A DNA stretch of 64,000 nucleotides from Candidatus Multivoradales bacterium (GCA_965248925.1 CBDFLE010000006.1:3072001-3136000), one strand, 5' to 3'; positions 19,097 through 30,401 are shown, counted from the first letter of the stretch. Notes: generated by a model not told the origin, from the letters alone. Program-made: numbers and translations.

Positions 19097-19744
19097 TCAG
19101 GTTCCTTCGTGCCAAAAGGGGGCAAGGGCCTGGCGTAGGCGTTGCTTGCCGCGGTGAATGCGCGATTTTACCGTGCCTTCGGAGAGTTCCAACACGGTAG
19201 CGATTTCGCAGTAGGGCAAGCAGTCAATCTCGCGCAGGATCAAAGGGGCGCGAAACTTGACCTCAAGCTGGGCGATCGCCTGGGAGACTCGTTGGCCGGT
19301 CTCATTTTCTAGCAGGCGCTGGCTGGCGACGCTCTTCTCGATCGTCCGCTGCGAACCGCGGTAAATCGGTTCGAGTAATCGCCAGCGCCGCTTCCGGCGT
19401 TCTTCGCTGCGCACCAGATTAGTGGCGACGCGAAAAAGAAAGGCAGCCAGGTGGCCTTGGTCGCGAAAGCGGTCAAGGTTGACGTACAGCCGCACGAAGG
19501 TTTCCTGAGCCAGGTCTTCAGCCCGATCACGGCAGCCCACCATGCGGGTCAAGTAGTTCACCAGGCGATCTTTGTGGCGGTCGACCAACTCGGCGAAGGC
19601 TTGGCTGTCTCCCGCTCGGCAGTGTCGCAGAAGTTCTGCTTCAGCCCGGTGTTCGGCGCCCTGTTCGGCCCTGGGCTCATCGTTGTGCCCGCCGTGGGCA
19701 GCGGCCAGCGGTTGGGCTAGGAATATGGGCTCGGCGGCTTCCAT
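19097..19744 (-). CDS. ECF RNA polymerase sigma factor
   Basis: GD..AF.ELVDRH, AEDLAQETF, and region 4 Y.EIA.VL.LSEGTVKSRIHRG. Confidence 0.95.
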   Translation of the reverse strand: MEAAEPIFLAQPLAAAHGGHNDEPRAEQGAEHRAEAELLRHCRAGDSQAFAELVDRHKDRLVNYLTRMVGCRDRAEDLAQETFVRLYVNLDRFRDQGHLAAFLFRVATNLVRSEERRKRRWRLLEPIYRGSQRTIEKSVASQRLLENETGQRVSQAIAQLEVKFRAPLILREIDCLPYCEIATVLELSEGTVKSRIHRGKQRLRQALAPFWHEGT

Positions 19745-19765
19745 CGATTACTTTCTCCGACCCTC

Positions 19766-19794
19766 ATAACGCTCCAGGCTGGCCGAAGTTCCCG
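19766..19794 (-). promoter_or_regulatory. Autoregulatory ECF promoter (GGAAC-N16-CGTT)
   Basis: Minus strand reads CGGGAAC-ttcggccagcctg-GAGCGTTAT, 21 nt before the sigma ATG. Confidence 0.8.
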
Positions 19795-19810
19795 CGATTT
19801 AGCTAGCGGC

Positions 19811-20587
<777 letters not shown>

Positions 20588-20599
20588 CTCAACCTCCGC

Positions 20600-21349
20600 T
20601 CAGTCACGCTCGAACTCCATCGTCAACTGGCAGAAGGCCGCCACCGGACTGCCGTCGAGTCGCGCCGGTTTGAAGGGGTGGATTTTGCGCACCGCTCGCA
20701 ACACGGCGTAAATCATCACCGGGTGGGCTTGTGGGTCGATCATCACCGGCCAGGTCAGCTGGCCCGTGGGAGCGACCACGACCTCTACTTTGACCGGCGC
20801 GTGCAGGGCATCGCGGGCGGCGGTGTTGGTCAAGACCACCGTCGGTTCTTGCCGGGAACGTTCGAAGGGGTGGTAGGCGCGGGTGAAGGGGGAGCGGGCA
20901 ATGAAGACCCCGTCGGGGGCTTTGTGCAAGGGCCGAGGGGGATGCTCGAAGAGCACCCCGACGGCGTTGCCGTAGGGCAATAGTTCGTCGCGCTCAATAC
21001 GGCGACCCAGGTTGCGAGCCGTGTCGAGCAGCCACCAAGCGTCGTCTTGCCGACCTTGGTTGGCATAGGCAATCGCCTGGTAGAGAGCCAGCTCGGCCAG
21101 TTCCCGGCGCAGCGCCTGTGGGTGCTGCCAACCGTGGGTGAGAATTTCGCGCACCGTGCGCTCGGCACTCTTCCCGGCCCGCTTCCACTGGCCACGGAGC
21201 AGCAGCTCGTCGACCTGGCCCACGGCGGAAGTCCACTGGGTGGTCGGTTGACCGGGCTGAGCCCCAAGCGTGTTGCCGGCGAAGGCGAGCAGCAGGCTGG
21301 CGACAAGGCCGAGTCCACGATGGCTCTTGCAGTGGGTTGAGGTCGGCAT
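20600..21349 (-). CDS. Secreted protein with a TonB C-terminal-like domain
   Basis: Signal-like segment, helical region, C-terminal V.VEVVV..TG...FKPARLDGSPV. Confidence 0.6.
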   Translation of the reverse strand: MPTSTHCKSHRGLGLVASLLLAFAGNTLGAQPGQPTTQWTSAVGQVDELLLRGQWKRAGKSAERTVREILTHGWQHPQALRRELAELALYQAIAYANQGRQDDAWWLLDTARNLGRRIERDELLPYGNAVGVLFEHPPRPLHKAPDGVFIARSPFTRAYHPFERSRQEPTVVLTNTAARDALHAPVKVEVVVAPTGQLTWPVMIDPQAHPVMIYAVLRAVRKIHPFKPARLDGSPVAAFCQLTMEFERD

Positions 21350-21372
21350 GCCGGGTGGGTTTGTTGAAGGAG

Positions 21373-22170
21373 TTAGTGTTCGCTGCGCTGCAGTTGGTCG
21401 AGGACGATTTTGCCGACTCCCGGCATCTCGCCGCGCAGCGGAATGCCTAGTTTTTCGTCGAGCCACCAACGGGTGACCGTGCCGGCAAGCTGAAACTCTA
21501 CCAAACGGCTGCTGAAGGTGTCGCCACCGATTTCGATCGGCCGTTCGCCCAGGGCCTCGCAATGTCGCTGGTCGAGATAGCCGGTGGCGCGCTCGGCGCC
21601 GCCAAGGTGGAAAACCGAGAAAGTGCCGGACGTTCCGTGCTGGAGCCAGCTGCGGCCAGCTTGCAGTACCGTCGGGGTGGTCAGGCTGGCACCCGCGGGT
21701 AGCGCGACGGTCTGGTGCACGATGCCGGTGTCGTTGCCACGGGTTGTCGAGGTCAAGATACCTTCAATCAGAGAGTGGCGGGTGCGCGAATGACGGCCAT
21801 CCTGCCGGCGAGTGATCTCGACGAAGGTGGTTTCGCCGCTAGCTTCTTCGCGCTGCCAGATTTCGAGCGTGGCCGCGCCACGGTGGCGGATGGTGTGCAG
21901 CAAGCGTCCGCCTTCCTCAGTGTGCCACAGGCGCCAGACCTCATCGCCAAGCTGCTGGCCGCCGGGGTCGAGGATGCGGTAGCGACCGCTGGCAATCTGC
22001 TCGCCTCGCCGCCAGCGGCCTTCATGGGGCGGCAGCTGCTGATCGAGAATCGCCGCCAGGTCGGCTTCCACGCTCTCCCCCGCCGGGGTCTCGACAATGC
22101 GGCCGAATTCCCTGGCCGCAGATCCGTGGGATGTCGCCGTGGGAAGACCCGTGGCGACCGGCAGATGCAA
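21373..22170 (-). CDS. Hypothetical protein (beta-rich)
   Basis: 265-aa ORF with host-like codons; TTG start uncertain; no family recognised. Confidence 0.55.
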   Translation of the reverse strand: MHLPVATGLPTATSHGSAAREFGRIVETPAGESVEADLAAILDQQLPPHEGRWRRGEQIASGRYRILDPGGQQLGDEVWRLWHTEEGGRLLHTIRHRGAATLEIWQREEASGETTFVEITRRQDGRHSRTRHSLIEGILTSTTRGNDTGIVHQTVALPAGASLTTPTVLQAGRSWLQHGTSGTFSVFHLGGAERATGYLDQRHCEALGERPIEIGGDTFSSRLVEFQLAGTVTRWWLDEKLGIPLRGEMPGVGKIVLDQLQRSEH

Positions 22171-22258
22171 AGAATCCTAGACTCTGCGGCGCCTCCAAGC
22201 AGTCACCGGGAGTCGTTTTGCCGCACCCTTACAGGCTCTTCTTGGTTGCTGGACCGGC

Positions 22259-23599
22259 TCAATCTCTGGTGGGGTGCGCGGCCAGGTAGGACTCTAGATA
22301 GCGAAAGTCGGGGGTTAGCTGGCCGCGGTGGGTGACGGTGGCGCCGAGGATCTCAGGGGGTAGGTCGAGTTCGGCGAAGGGGCGGCCGTAGTCGGCGGCG
22401 GCGATCTGTGGCACGAAACGGGTGAGCGCCTGACTAAACTGCTGGGAGGCTTCGCGAGGCAGCTCACAAGGTAGGTTGTCGACCGCCAGTACGACGATGC
22501 CACGGCCGTGAAGGCCATCGCTGGGCAGGCCACTGATCGGGTCATAGACGAAAATCGGATTGTCGGTCTCGGTCACTTTGTGGGTGAACTCGATGCCTCC
22601 TTCGATGTCGCAGGACAGATCGGCGACTAGACGCAGCCGGCGGTGGCCAGCGCGCCACTGTTCACCGACCATTTCGCGGGTGACCAGCTTGGGCTGTGCG
22701 TCGGTCCAGTAGATGGCGTTGACCAGCAGGGTGAGGTGAGGCAGGTAGGGGCCGAGGCCAGAGACGTAGCGCTGCGGTTGAGCGGTGTAGTCGGCGCAGT
22801 CGAAACTTTGCTCTGTTCCGGCTGTGGAGTCACTGCCTTTACTTTTCAGGCTGTGCTGCTTGTCGAAAACCACTTTGATCAGCCGGTCGCGGATCCGCCG
22901 ACCGCCGGCCACCGTGTCGGCCAGTTCCTGCGCCGCGACTTCGTCGCTGGGGAGCAGGTCGAGGATCTCTTGTGCGCCTTGGCTGACGCTGCCGCCACCG
23001 ATGAATCCCACCACCAGCGGCGGGTCTTGCAGATCGATGCCACGGCGCACCGCGGCGCCTACTTCGGCGATCCCTTCTTTGGCCTGCTCCAGGCTGTCGT
23101 ATTGCCAGGCTGCGCGAATCTGCTCAAGGGGAGTGCGAAACCCCTCCCAGGCTAGCCGTTGGCCGAGGTGATGCAGGCCGTCGATCATCCCCGCTTGGCC
23201 GGCCTCGCGGCCGAAGAGCACCAGTCGCCGGCCGTCAGCATCGACAATCCTCTCGTAGTCGATCAGCGTCGCTTCGAGATCGAGCAGCCGTTGGAGCAAT
23301 GGCATGTTGTAACTCTGACCTTTGATGGTGTGGGAGAAGAAGACATAGGTACGCTGGCGGCGCAGCTCCTCTAACGGAATATCTTTGACTCCCAGGATCA
23401 CCTGGCAGGCGTCCAGGCGGTCGGCGATCACGGCGTTGGCGGTGCGGTAGGCATCGTCGTCGAAAACCCGAGTAGGCGAAGTCTGCACGACCACGCTGAG
23501 GCCCGCCGCGCTCAGCCGGGCGACGTCGTCGGGCACTAGCGGAGCGCGCCTCTCCCAGCGATTCTTGGTCTCGTGACGAATTCCAATTCGGACACTCAT
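22259..23599 (-). CDS. Lysine-ketoglutarate reductase/saccharopine dehydrogenase (AlaDh/PNT fold)
   Basis: IGIRHE..N.WERRAPL.P, FFSHTIKGQ.YNM, LIDYERI, ADLSCDIEGG, AVDNLPCELPREAS. Confidence 0.9.
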   Translation of the reverse strand: MSVRIGIRHETKNRWERRAPLVPDDVARLSAAGLSVVVQTSPTRVFDDDAYRTANAVIADRLDACQVILGVKDIPLEELRRQRTYVFFSHTIKGQSYNMPLLQRLLDLEATLIDYERIVDADGRRLVLFGREAGQAGMIDGLHHLGQRLAWEGFRTPLEQIRAAWQYDSLEQAKEGIAEVGAAVRRGIDLQDPPLVVGFIGGGSVSQGAQEILDLLPSDEVAAQELADTVAGGRRIRDRLIKVVFDKQHSLKSKGSDSTAGTEQSFDCADYTAQPQRYVSGLGPYLPHLTLLVNAIYWTDAQPKLVTREMVGEQWRAGHRRLRLVADLSCDIEGGIEFTHKVTETDNPIFVYDPISGLPSDGLHGRGIVVLAVDNLPCELPREASQQFSQALTRFVPQIAAADYGRPFAELDLPPEILGATVTHRGQLTPDFRYLESYLAAHPTRD

Positions 23600-23663
23600 G
23601 AGGCTCTTCCAGAGGATTCAAGAGGGGTTCAAAGAGGCTCAATCCAAGAGGCTCATGCAGGGT

Positions 23664-24998
23664 TCAGCTAGGGCTCTGCTCGTCGAGCAGGGCTTCGATC
23701 AAGCCCTCTAACTCGGCCACCAGACGGCGATGGTGCAGGCCGGTTCCGGGGCCCGAAAAGCCGCTGTGAATGCGCCGTGCCTTGCCGTCGCGGCCGATGA
23801 AGATCGAGGTCGGGTAGGCCACCACCCGGTCGAGGTCGGGCAGGGTGGCGGCGGCGCCCGTCTTGTCGTTGGTGCCGGCTAGCAGCAGCGGATAGTCAAT
23901 CTCGTGCCGACTGGCAAAACGTCGCAACATCTCGCGATCGCGTTCCGGCCGGCCGGTGAATTCGTAGGCCAGGCCGACGATTTGCAAGCCGCGCTCGCCG
24001 TAACGCCGTTGCCACTCGGCCAGCAGTGGCGCCTCGTCGTTGCAGTTCGGGCACCAGGTGCCGAAGATGTTAACCAGCACCACCTTATCGCTGAAACGCT
24101 CATCGTCTTGGTCGACGATGGCACCGTCGAGGTCGGGAAAGGCAAAGCGGAAGCGGCCTTCGTCATGGGTCAGTCCGGCCAGGCTCCAAGCATCGGGTAG
24201 GACTTCTTCGCCGTCGCCAAGCGGCCGCGCCGTCCAGCTGGCGTGGTAGGTGTCGCGAGACCAAAAATCGCCCACCAAGGAGCCGTCTTGCTGGCTGCGG
24301 GCGTGGAACAAGAAGGCATGGGCGCCATCGAAGGTCGAGAGGCGCAGCAGGCCGTCCTGGTAGCTGCCGACCAAGAAGCGATAGTCGCCGGTCGGAGTCA
24401 AGACGGTGCCTTCGACCGCGGCCCCGGTCTGGCGTAATTCGATCCTTGCCGGTTCGCTGCCGTCCTCGTCGCTGAACTCTGCTCGCCAGTGGCCGGCGAC
24501 CGACCCGATAGCCGCGTTGCCCGTTTCGAGACCTTGGGTCGAAGGGGGTAGAAAGCGAGCTGTTGCTTGATGATCGGCGCCGTCGCGGGTAGCGACAAAA
24601 GACAGCGTCGAATCGCCACCGCCCGCGGCAGTCTTACGCCAGCGGCCGACCCATTGCTCTTGGTCGTTGAGTTCGGCGGTAATCTCGGAGTCATAAACGT
24701 CGAAATGCAAAACTAGCCGCCGGCCCTCAAGTTCAACCCGTGACAGCGGCAGTTCTTCGGTGCCGTTGACAATGGTGGCGGTTAGTTCGCCAGGCTCTCC
24801 GTGTTCGCCGCGCTGGCGGCTGAAGCGCAATTCGAAAGGAAGTTCGCCGCCGGGTGAGTCGAGCACCGCCCGCCAGCTACCGCTGAGTTCGGGTGCTGGT
24901 GGGGGTGCCGAGCTCGAGTCGCCGCAGGCAGCTGTCAAGAGCAACAATAGGGAAGCTAGCCGAAGCCGAGCCGCGGTGGGCGAGGGACTCTTGATCAT
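23664..24998 (-). CDS. TlpA-like thiol-disulfide oxidoreductase lipoprotein
   Basis: Lipobox LTAAC, GTWCPNC, YPTSIFIGRDG, N-terminal beta domains (TPTGDYRFL). Confidence 0.9.
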   Translation of the reverse strand: MIKSPSPTAARLRLASLLLLLTAACGDSSSAPPPAPELSGSWRAVLDSPGGELPFELRFSRQRGEHGEPGELTATIVNGTEELPLSRVELEGRRLVLHFDVYDSEITAELNDQEQWVGRWRKTAAGGGDSTLSFVATRDGADHQATARFLPPSTQGLETGNAAIGSVAGHWRAEFSDEDGSEPARIELRQTGAAVEGTVLTPTGDYRFLVGSYQDGLLRLSTFDGAHAFLFHARSQQDGSLVGDFWSRDTYHASWTARPLGDGEEVLPDAWSLAGLTHDEGRFRFAFPDLDGAIVDQDDERFSDKVVLVNIFGTWCPNCNDEAPLLAEWQRRYGERGLQIVGLAYEFTGRPERDREMLRRFASRHEIDYPLLLAGTNDKTGAAATLPDLDRVVAYPTSIFIGRDGKARRIHSGFSGPGTGLHHRRLVAELEGLIEALLDEQSPS

Positions 24999-25128
24999 GG
25001 TCCCATTCTAACCCCTTTACCGGCCTGGCGGGACTTCTTCCATGGCTGCTCCGAGCCGTGGTGGAGCGTGGTGTAAGCTAGGTGGGTTCCAAAGAACTAC
25101 CCATCGAGAGTCAAGGGAGGCGTTGCCT

Positions 25129-25596
25129 GTGGGTCAGAAGATAAGCGTCGAGGTCAACGGCGAAACCTACGCGAGAGAAGTTGAACCGCGGCTATTGCTG
25201 GTTCATTTTCTGCGCGACGAACTGGGTTTGACCGGCACCAATGTCGGTTGTGAGACCAGCCTGTGTGGAGCTTGTACGGTTCATGTCGACGGCCAAGCGG
25301 TGAAGAGCTGCACCCAACTAGCGGTGCAGGCCGACGGCGCGGCGATCACCACCATCGAGGGTCTTGCTGATGGCGATCAGCTACATCCGCTGCAGCAAGC
25401 GTTCTGGGACGAGCATGGCCTGCAATGTGGCTACTGCACGCCGGGCATGATCATGGCCGCGGCCGATCTTCTGGCCAACAATCCCCATCCTGATGAGCAG
25501 GCCATTCGCCAGGGACTCAAAGGCAATGTTTGTCGCTGCACCGGCTACCACAACATCGTCAAAGCGGTGCAGCGAGCGGCGGGAGGTGAAGGGTGA
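25129..25596 (+). CDS. coxS: 2Fe-2S small subunit of a CODH/xanthine dehydrogenase family enzyme
   Basis: [22 protein letters not shown]; GTG 25129 follows GGGAGG. Confidence 0.92.
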   Translation: MGQKISVEVNGETYAREVEPRLLLVHFLRDELGLTGTNVGCETSLCGACTVHVDGQAVKSCTQLAVQADGAAITTIEGLADGDQLHPLQQAFWDEHGLQCGYCTPGMIMAAADLLANNPHPDEQAIRQGLKGNVCRCTGYHNIVKAVQRAAGGEG

Positions 25597-27959
25597 GCGG
25601 CATCATTGGCAGTTCCATCAAGCGGCGTGAAGATCCCGAGCTGATCACCGGCGAGGGCCTCTACACCGACGATCTAAAACGCCCCGGCATGCTCTTCGCG
25701 GCGATTGTTCGCAGCCCCTACGCCCATGCCCGTATTCTCAGCATCGACACTTCGGCGGCCTCGGCTTTGCCGGGAGTGGTCGCGGTTTACACCGGTGCTG
25801 ATCTACGCCCCGCGGGTGCTGCGGGCGGCTTGATTCCCACCGGTTGGTTGCTGCCCGACATCAAGACTCCGGACCATCCGATCCTGGCCACCGAGAAGGT
25901 GCGCTACGTCGGCGACGGGGTGGCGGTGGTAGTCGCCGAGGGTCGCTACGTCGCTCGTGACGCGATGGATCTGGTGGAGGTCGACTACGAGCCGCTTGAG
26001 GCGGCGGTCGACCCGCGCGCCACCACCGAAGAAGGGGCGCCGCGGATCCATGCCGAGGCGCCGAACAACATCTCCTTCGACTGGGATTTGGGCGACGCAG
26101 AGAAGACCGAGGCTGCTTTCGCCGTCGCCACCAAGACGGCGCGACTCGACCTGCGCAACAACCGGTTGATTCCCCACGCCATCGAGCCGCGGGCGGCTTT
26201 GGCCGAGTGGAATGCCCGCAAGGGTGAGCTGACCCTGCACTTGACGACGCAGAATCCCCACCTACATCGGCTGCTAATGACCTTGGCCTCGATGGGCTTG
26301 CCCGAGCACAAGATGCGCATCGTGGCGCCAGAAGTGGGAGGCGGCTTTGGCTCCAAGATCCATCACTACCCGGATGAGGCGATCACCTGCTGGTGCGCCA
26401 TTCGCCTCGGCCGACCGGTGAAGTGGACGGCGACGCGGTCAGAGACCAACCTCACCGACGCCCACGGTCGCGACCACGTTTCGGTAGCTGAAATCGCTCT
26501 CGACGACGACGGCAAGATCCTCGGCCTACGAGTCGCGACCTGGGCCGCCATGGGCGCCTACCTGTCGACTTTTGCGCCGGCGGTGCCGACCTGGCTCTAC
26601 GGCACCCTGATGTCGGGTCAGTACGATATTCCGGCGATCTACGTGCATGTGTTCGGCACCTTCACCAACACTGCGCCGGTCGATGCCTACCGTGGCGCCG
26701 GGCGCCCCGAGGCGACCTTTGTGGTCGAACGCCTGCTCGATGCGGCGGCCGAAGTCTGCGACCTCGATCCGGTCGAGATCCGCCGCCGCAACTTCATCGG
26801 TCCCAACGATTTCCCCTACGCCACCCAGGTGGCGCTGGAATACGATAGCGGCAACTATGAGCCGGCCCTCGACCGGGCGCTCGAGATGGCAGGGTATGTC
26901 GAGCTGCGCCGAGAGCAAGAGCGGCGGCGGGCCGCCGGCGGCAAATTGCTCGGCATCGGCCTGGCGAGCTACATCGAAGCCTGCGGCTTGGCCCCTTCGC
27001 AAGTGGTGGGCGCCTTGGGCGCTCAGGCCGGTCTGTGGGAGAGCGCCAAGATTCGCGTTCACCCCAGCGGCGTGGTGACCGTCTACACCGGTACCTCGGC
27101 CCATGGCCAAGGGCACCACACCACCTTCGCCCAGATCGTTGCCGACCGCCTAGGCGTCGATGTCGACCAAGTCCAGGTGGTGCATGGGGACACTCACAGC
27201 GTGCAATTCGGCATGGGCACCTACGGTAGCCGTTCGGCGGCGGTCGGTGGTAGTGCCATCGCCGAAGCGGCCGACAAGGTGATCGTCAAAGCGAAAAAGA
27301 TCGCCGCCCACCTGCTCGAAGCGTCTGCCGAAGACATCGAATTCGAAGGCGGTGAGTTCCGCGTCAAGGGGGTGCCGGCGAAGACCCAGGCCTGGGGGGA
27401 TGTGGTCTTGCAGGCATATCTGGCGCACGATATGCCCGAAGGGCTCGAACCGGGGCTGGAAGAGACCTCGTTCTACGATCCGTCGAACTTCGTTTATCCC
27501 TTCGGTACTCATATTGCGGTGGTCGAGATCGATGCCGAGACCGGCGAGGTCGAGCTGCTGCGATATATCGCGGTCGACGATTGTGGCAATGTGATCAACC
27601 CGATGATTGTCGATGGCCAGGTCCACGGTGGCGTCGCCCAGGGTATTGGCCAGGCCCTGTGGGAGGGGGCGGTCTACGACGACGCTGGCCAGCTGCTCAC
27701 CGGAACCATGCTCGACTACGCCCTGCCCCGAGCGCACCAGCTGGTGTCGTTCGAGACCGACCGCACGGTCACCCCGTGTCCGCACAACCCCCTCGGGGTC
27801 AAGGGCATTGGCGAGGCGGGTGCGATCGCTTCGCCAGCGGCGGTCACCAACGCGGTGGTCGATGCCCTCAAGCACAAAGGGGTCACTAACTTGGATATGC
27901 CCCACACCGCCGAGCGGGTGTGGCGAGCGATGAACTCCGCCAGCCAGGGTGGGAGGTAG
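25593..27959 (+). CDS. coxL: Molybdopterin large subunit, form II CoxL-like
   Basis: [18 protein letters not shown] (form II motif), HGQGH, GQVHGG, KGIGE. Confidence 0.88.
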   Translation: MSGIIGSSIKRREDPELITGEGLYTDDLKRPGMLFAAIVRSPYAHARILSIDTSAASALPGVVAVYTGADLRPAGAAGGLIPTGWLLPDIKTPDHPILATEKVRYVGDGVAVVVAEGRYVARDAMDLVEVDYEPLEAAVDPRATTEEGAPRIHAEAPNNISFDWDLGDAEKTEAAFAVATKTARLDLRNNRLIPHAIEPRAALAEWNARKGELTLHLTTQNPHLHRLLMTLASMGLPEHKMRIVAPEVGGGFGSKIHHYPDEAITCWCAIRLGRPVKWTATRSETNLTDAHGRDHVSVAEIALDDDGKILGLRVATWAAMGAYLSTFAPAVPTWLYGTLMSGQYDIPAIYVHVFGTFTNTAPVDAYRGAGRPEATFVVERLLDAAAEVCDLDPVEIRRRNFIGPNDFPYATQVALEYDSGNYEPALDRALEMAGYVELRREQERRRAAGGKLLGIGLASYIEACGLAPSQVVGALGAQAGLWESAKIRVHPSGVVTVYTGTSAHGQGHHTTFAQIVADRLGVDVDQVQVVHGDTHSVQFGMGTYGSRSAAVGGSAIAEAADKVIVKAKKIAAHLLEASAEDIEFEGGEFRVKGVPAKTQAWGDVVLQAYLAHDMPEGLEPGLEETSFYDPSNFVYPFGTHIAVVEIDAETGEVELLRYIAVDDCGNVINPMIVDGQVHGGVAQGIGQALWEGAVYDDAGQLLTGTMLDYALPRAHQLVSFETDRTVTPCPHNPLGVKGIGEAGAIASPAAVTNAVVDALKHKGVTNLDMPHTAERVWRAMNSASQGGR

Positions 27960-27963
27960 AGAG

Positions 27964-28815
27964 ATGTTTCCTGCCAATTTCGACTATCACCGGGTGGACA
28001 ATGTCGCCGCCGCCGTTCGCCTGCTCGGCCAGAACCCCGACGCCAAGTTGCTGGCTGGTGGGCACAGCTTGATCCCGATGATGAAGTTCCGCCTGGCGGC
28101 TCCCTCGGCGTTGATCGACATCGGTCGCATCGCTGCTTTGCGTGGGGTTAGCGAGGCCGACGGGCGCATCCGCATTGGCGCGCTGACCACCCACGCGGAG
28201 GTGGCGGCGTCTGGATTGCTGCTCCAGCGTTGTCCGATGCTCGCCGAGACGGCGCACAAGATCGCCGATCCGGCGGTGCGCAACAAGGGCACGGTGGGGG
28301 GCAACATTGCTCACGCCGATCCCGCGTCCGACCTGCCGGCGGTGCTGGTAGCGCTCGGCGCCACGGTGCATCTGGAGGGGCCTGATGGGCTGCGGCAAGT
28401 AGCGGCGGCCGACTTCTTCACCGGTCTGCTCGAGAGCGATGTCCGCGCCGACGAGGTGTTGATCGCCATCGATTTTGCTTGGCGAAAGCCTGGTGCTGCC
28501 GGGGTCTATCTGAAAGTCGAGAACCCAGCTTCCGGCTACGCGGTCTGCGGTGCTGCGGCGATAGTTCGCGCCGGTGTCGCTTCCGCGCTGTGCTTCAACG
28601 GCATCACCGCCACCCCGCTGGTGGCCACCGCGGTCTGCGACGCCCTGGCTGGCTCGGACCTGTCCGACGCCGCCATCGCTAGCGCGGTCGACCAGCATCT
28701 GGCGGTCGCCGAGCCCCTGTACGATCTACACGCCTCGGGTGAATACCGCGTACACCTGGCCAAGACCTACGGCCAGCGGGCGCTGCGAGCAGCCCGTGAT
28801 CTGGCCCGCGGCTAA
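27964..28815 (+). CDS. coxM: FAD-binding medium subunit
   Basis: [27 protein letters not shown]. Confidence 0.9.
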   Translation: MFPANFDYHRVDNVAAAVRLLGQNPDAKLLAGGHSLIPMMKFRLAAPSALIDIGRIAALRGVSEADGRIRIGALTTHAEVAASGLLLQRCPMLAETAHKIADPAVRNKGTVGGNIAHADPASDLPAVLVALGATVHLEGPDGLRQVAAADFFTGLLESDVRADEVLIAIDFAWRKPGAAGVYLKVENPASGYAVCGAAAIVRAGVASALCFNGITATPLVATAVCDALAGSDLSDAAIASAVDQHLAVAEPLYDLHASGEYRVHLAKTYGQRALRAARDLARG

Positions 28816-29723
28816 TGGCTAAAGGGGTCGTCGAGTCGGTCGACGACCTGCGACAGAGGTTGAGCGAAGCGGGCTATCTCGCCGAACATAGCCTCGCCAC
28901 CGCCGCTTTTCTGGCGCTGCGTTTGCAGCGCCCTCTTCTGCTTGAAGGCGAAGCCGGGGTCGGCAAGACCGAATTGGCCAAGGCGTTGGCGGCGGTGCTC
29001 GGTGGTCGGCTGATCCGCCTGCAATGCTACGAAGGGCTCGATATCTCAGCGGCGGTCTACGAGTGGGACTACGCCCGCCAGCTGCTGGAGCTACGTTTGT
29101 TGGAGGCCGCCGGCAAGGTCGATCCAGCGACCGCTCGGCAACAGCTCTTCGGCGCCGATTTCCTGCTCGAACGACCGCTGTTGCAAGCTCTGCGCAACGG
29201 CGATGGGCCGCCGCCGGTGCTGCTGATCGATGAGCTGGATCGCGCCGACGAGGAATTCGAGGCATTCCTACTGGAGATCCTCTCCGACTTCCAGATCACC
29301 ATTCCCGAACTTGGCACCTTGGTTGCCGAACGACCGCCGGTGGTGGTGCTGACCTCCAACCGCACCCGCGAAGTCCACGACGCGCTGCGCCGCCGCTGTC
29401 TCTACCACTGGATCGACTATCCCCCCTTCGACAAAGAGCTGCGAATCGTCCAGGCGAAAGTCCCCGACGCCGCCGCCGGTCTGCACCGACAAGTGGTCGA
29501 ATTCGTCCACCTTCTACGTCAAGAAGACCTCTACAAACGCCCCGGCGTGGCCGAGACCCTGGACTGGGCCCAAGCGTTGGTCGCCCTCGACCACAAGGCG
29601 CTAGATCCGGAAGCGATCGGCTCAACCCTGGGGGCGTTGCTCAAGTACCAGGACGACATCGAGCAAGTCCGCGGCGCCACGGTCGAGCGCGCCCTGGTGC
29701 GAATAGGAGCAGCAGATCCCTGA
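28815..29723 (+). CDS. coxD: MoxR-type AAA+ ATPase CoxD
   Basis: EGEAGVGKT, RLQCYEG, IDELDRAD, HDALRRRC. Confidence 0.9.
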   Translation: MAKGVVESVDDLRQRLSEAGYLAEHSLATAAFLALRLQRPLLLEGEAGVGKTELAKALAAVLGGRLIRLQCYEGLDISAAVYEWDYARQLLELRLLEAAGKVDPATARQQLFGADFLLERPLLQALRNGDGPPPVLLIDELDRADEEFEAFLLEILSDFQITIPELGTLVAERPPVVVLTSNRTREVHDALRRRCLYHWIDYPPFDKELRIVQAKVPDAAAGLHRQVVEFVHLLRQEDLYKRPGVAETLDWAQALVALDHKALDPEAIGSTLGALLKYQDDIEQVRGATVERALVRIGAADP

Positions 29724-29734
29724 ATCGTTCTGAG

Positions 29735-30127
29735 CTAGCGGGTCAGGATTGATAGCTGTTCGGCGGCGACTAGCTTCTGGTCCACCGTGACGAGGGTCAA
29801 GTCATAGACCAAGGCCGTTGCTGCGATGAAGTGGTCGGCTGGGTCGTTGTGCGGCAAACTCAAAGTCGACACTGTTTTGGCCACTTCGAAATTGCAGGCG
29901 GCCTCTCTCATCGGTACCGACTCGAAAACGCAGTGGGTCCATTCTTGAAATGAACCCTGGACCCGGAGGCGGCCTTTTTGGACCAGGATCCATGTTTCCC
30001 AGAGGGTTATGGGTGCCAGACAGCATCGGCCAACAGCGTCTTCGATGGCATTTCTTAGGCTCTGCGGCAAGTCCTTGGAACCCAAAACGTACCAGATTCA
30101 AATATGAGTATCGAGTAGCAGGCGCAC
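29735..30127 (-). pseudogene. vapC: VapC/PIN toxin with an in-frame TGA at codon 10
   Basis: GTG 30127 reads MRLLLDTHI*IWYVLGS; TGA at 30098-30100 where Trp is expected; the rest (HNDPAD..I.ATA...LVTVD) is intact. Confidence 0.82.
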
Positions 30128-30366
30128 TAGCGCAGTGCCTTCCAGTCCTTTTCGGGCAGCGGGCTCACGATATCCCCCAGCACCTCTGCCGTTCCTTTCA
30201 TACAACCAAAGAGGCTCTTGCCTTTTGGCTCGGGCCTCGGCGGTGGTTGGATTTGGGCCACCGGTTTGCCACGTCGGGTTACGAGGATCGGCTCACCCGT
30301 CTTGCGTACTCTCTCGAGAGTTGCCAGGCAAGTTGCTTTGAAATGAGAGATAGCGATCATTTCCAT
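30127..30366 (-). CDS. Phd/YefM antitoxin
   Basis: ISHFKATCL..LERV..TGEPILVTRRGKPVA; TAG/GTG overlap with the toxin gene. Confidence 0.9.
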   Translation of the reverse strand: MEMIAISHFKATCLATLERVRKTGEPILVTRRGKPVAQIQPPPRPEPKGKSLFGCMKGTAEVLGDIVSPLPEKDWKALR

Positions 30367-30372
30367 AAGCTC

Positions 30373-30401
30373 AAGCTACTATGGTCCGATCATATGGTCA
30401 A
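30373..30401 (-). promoter_or_regulatory. Sigma70 promoter/operator of the TA module (probably leaderless)
   Basis: TTGACC-N17-TAGCTT, 6 nt before the ATG, containing a GACCATA direct repeat. Confidence 0.6.

Noticed and set aside
25593-27959. True (form I) aerobic CO dehydrogenase
   Set aside because: The active-site loop is AYRGAGR, not AYXCSFR, and the gene order is S-L-M.
30098-30100. TGA recoding (Trp or Sec) in vapC
   Set aside because: TGA is used as a normal stop by many genes here (ftsZ, murC), and the parallel brnT lesion is TAG.
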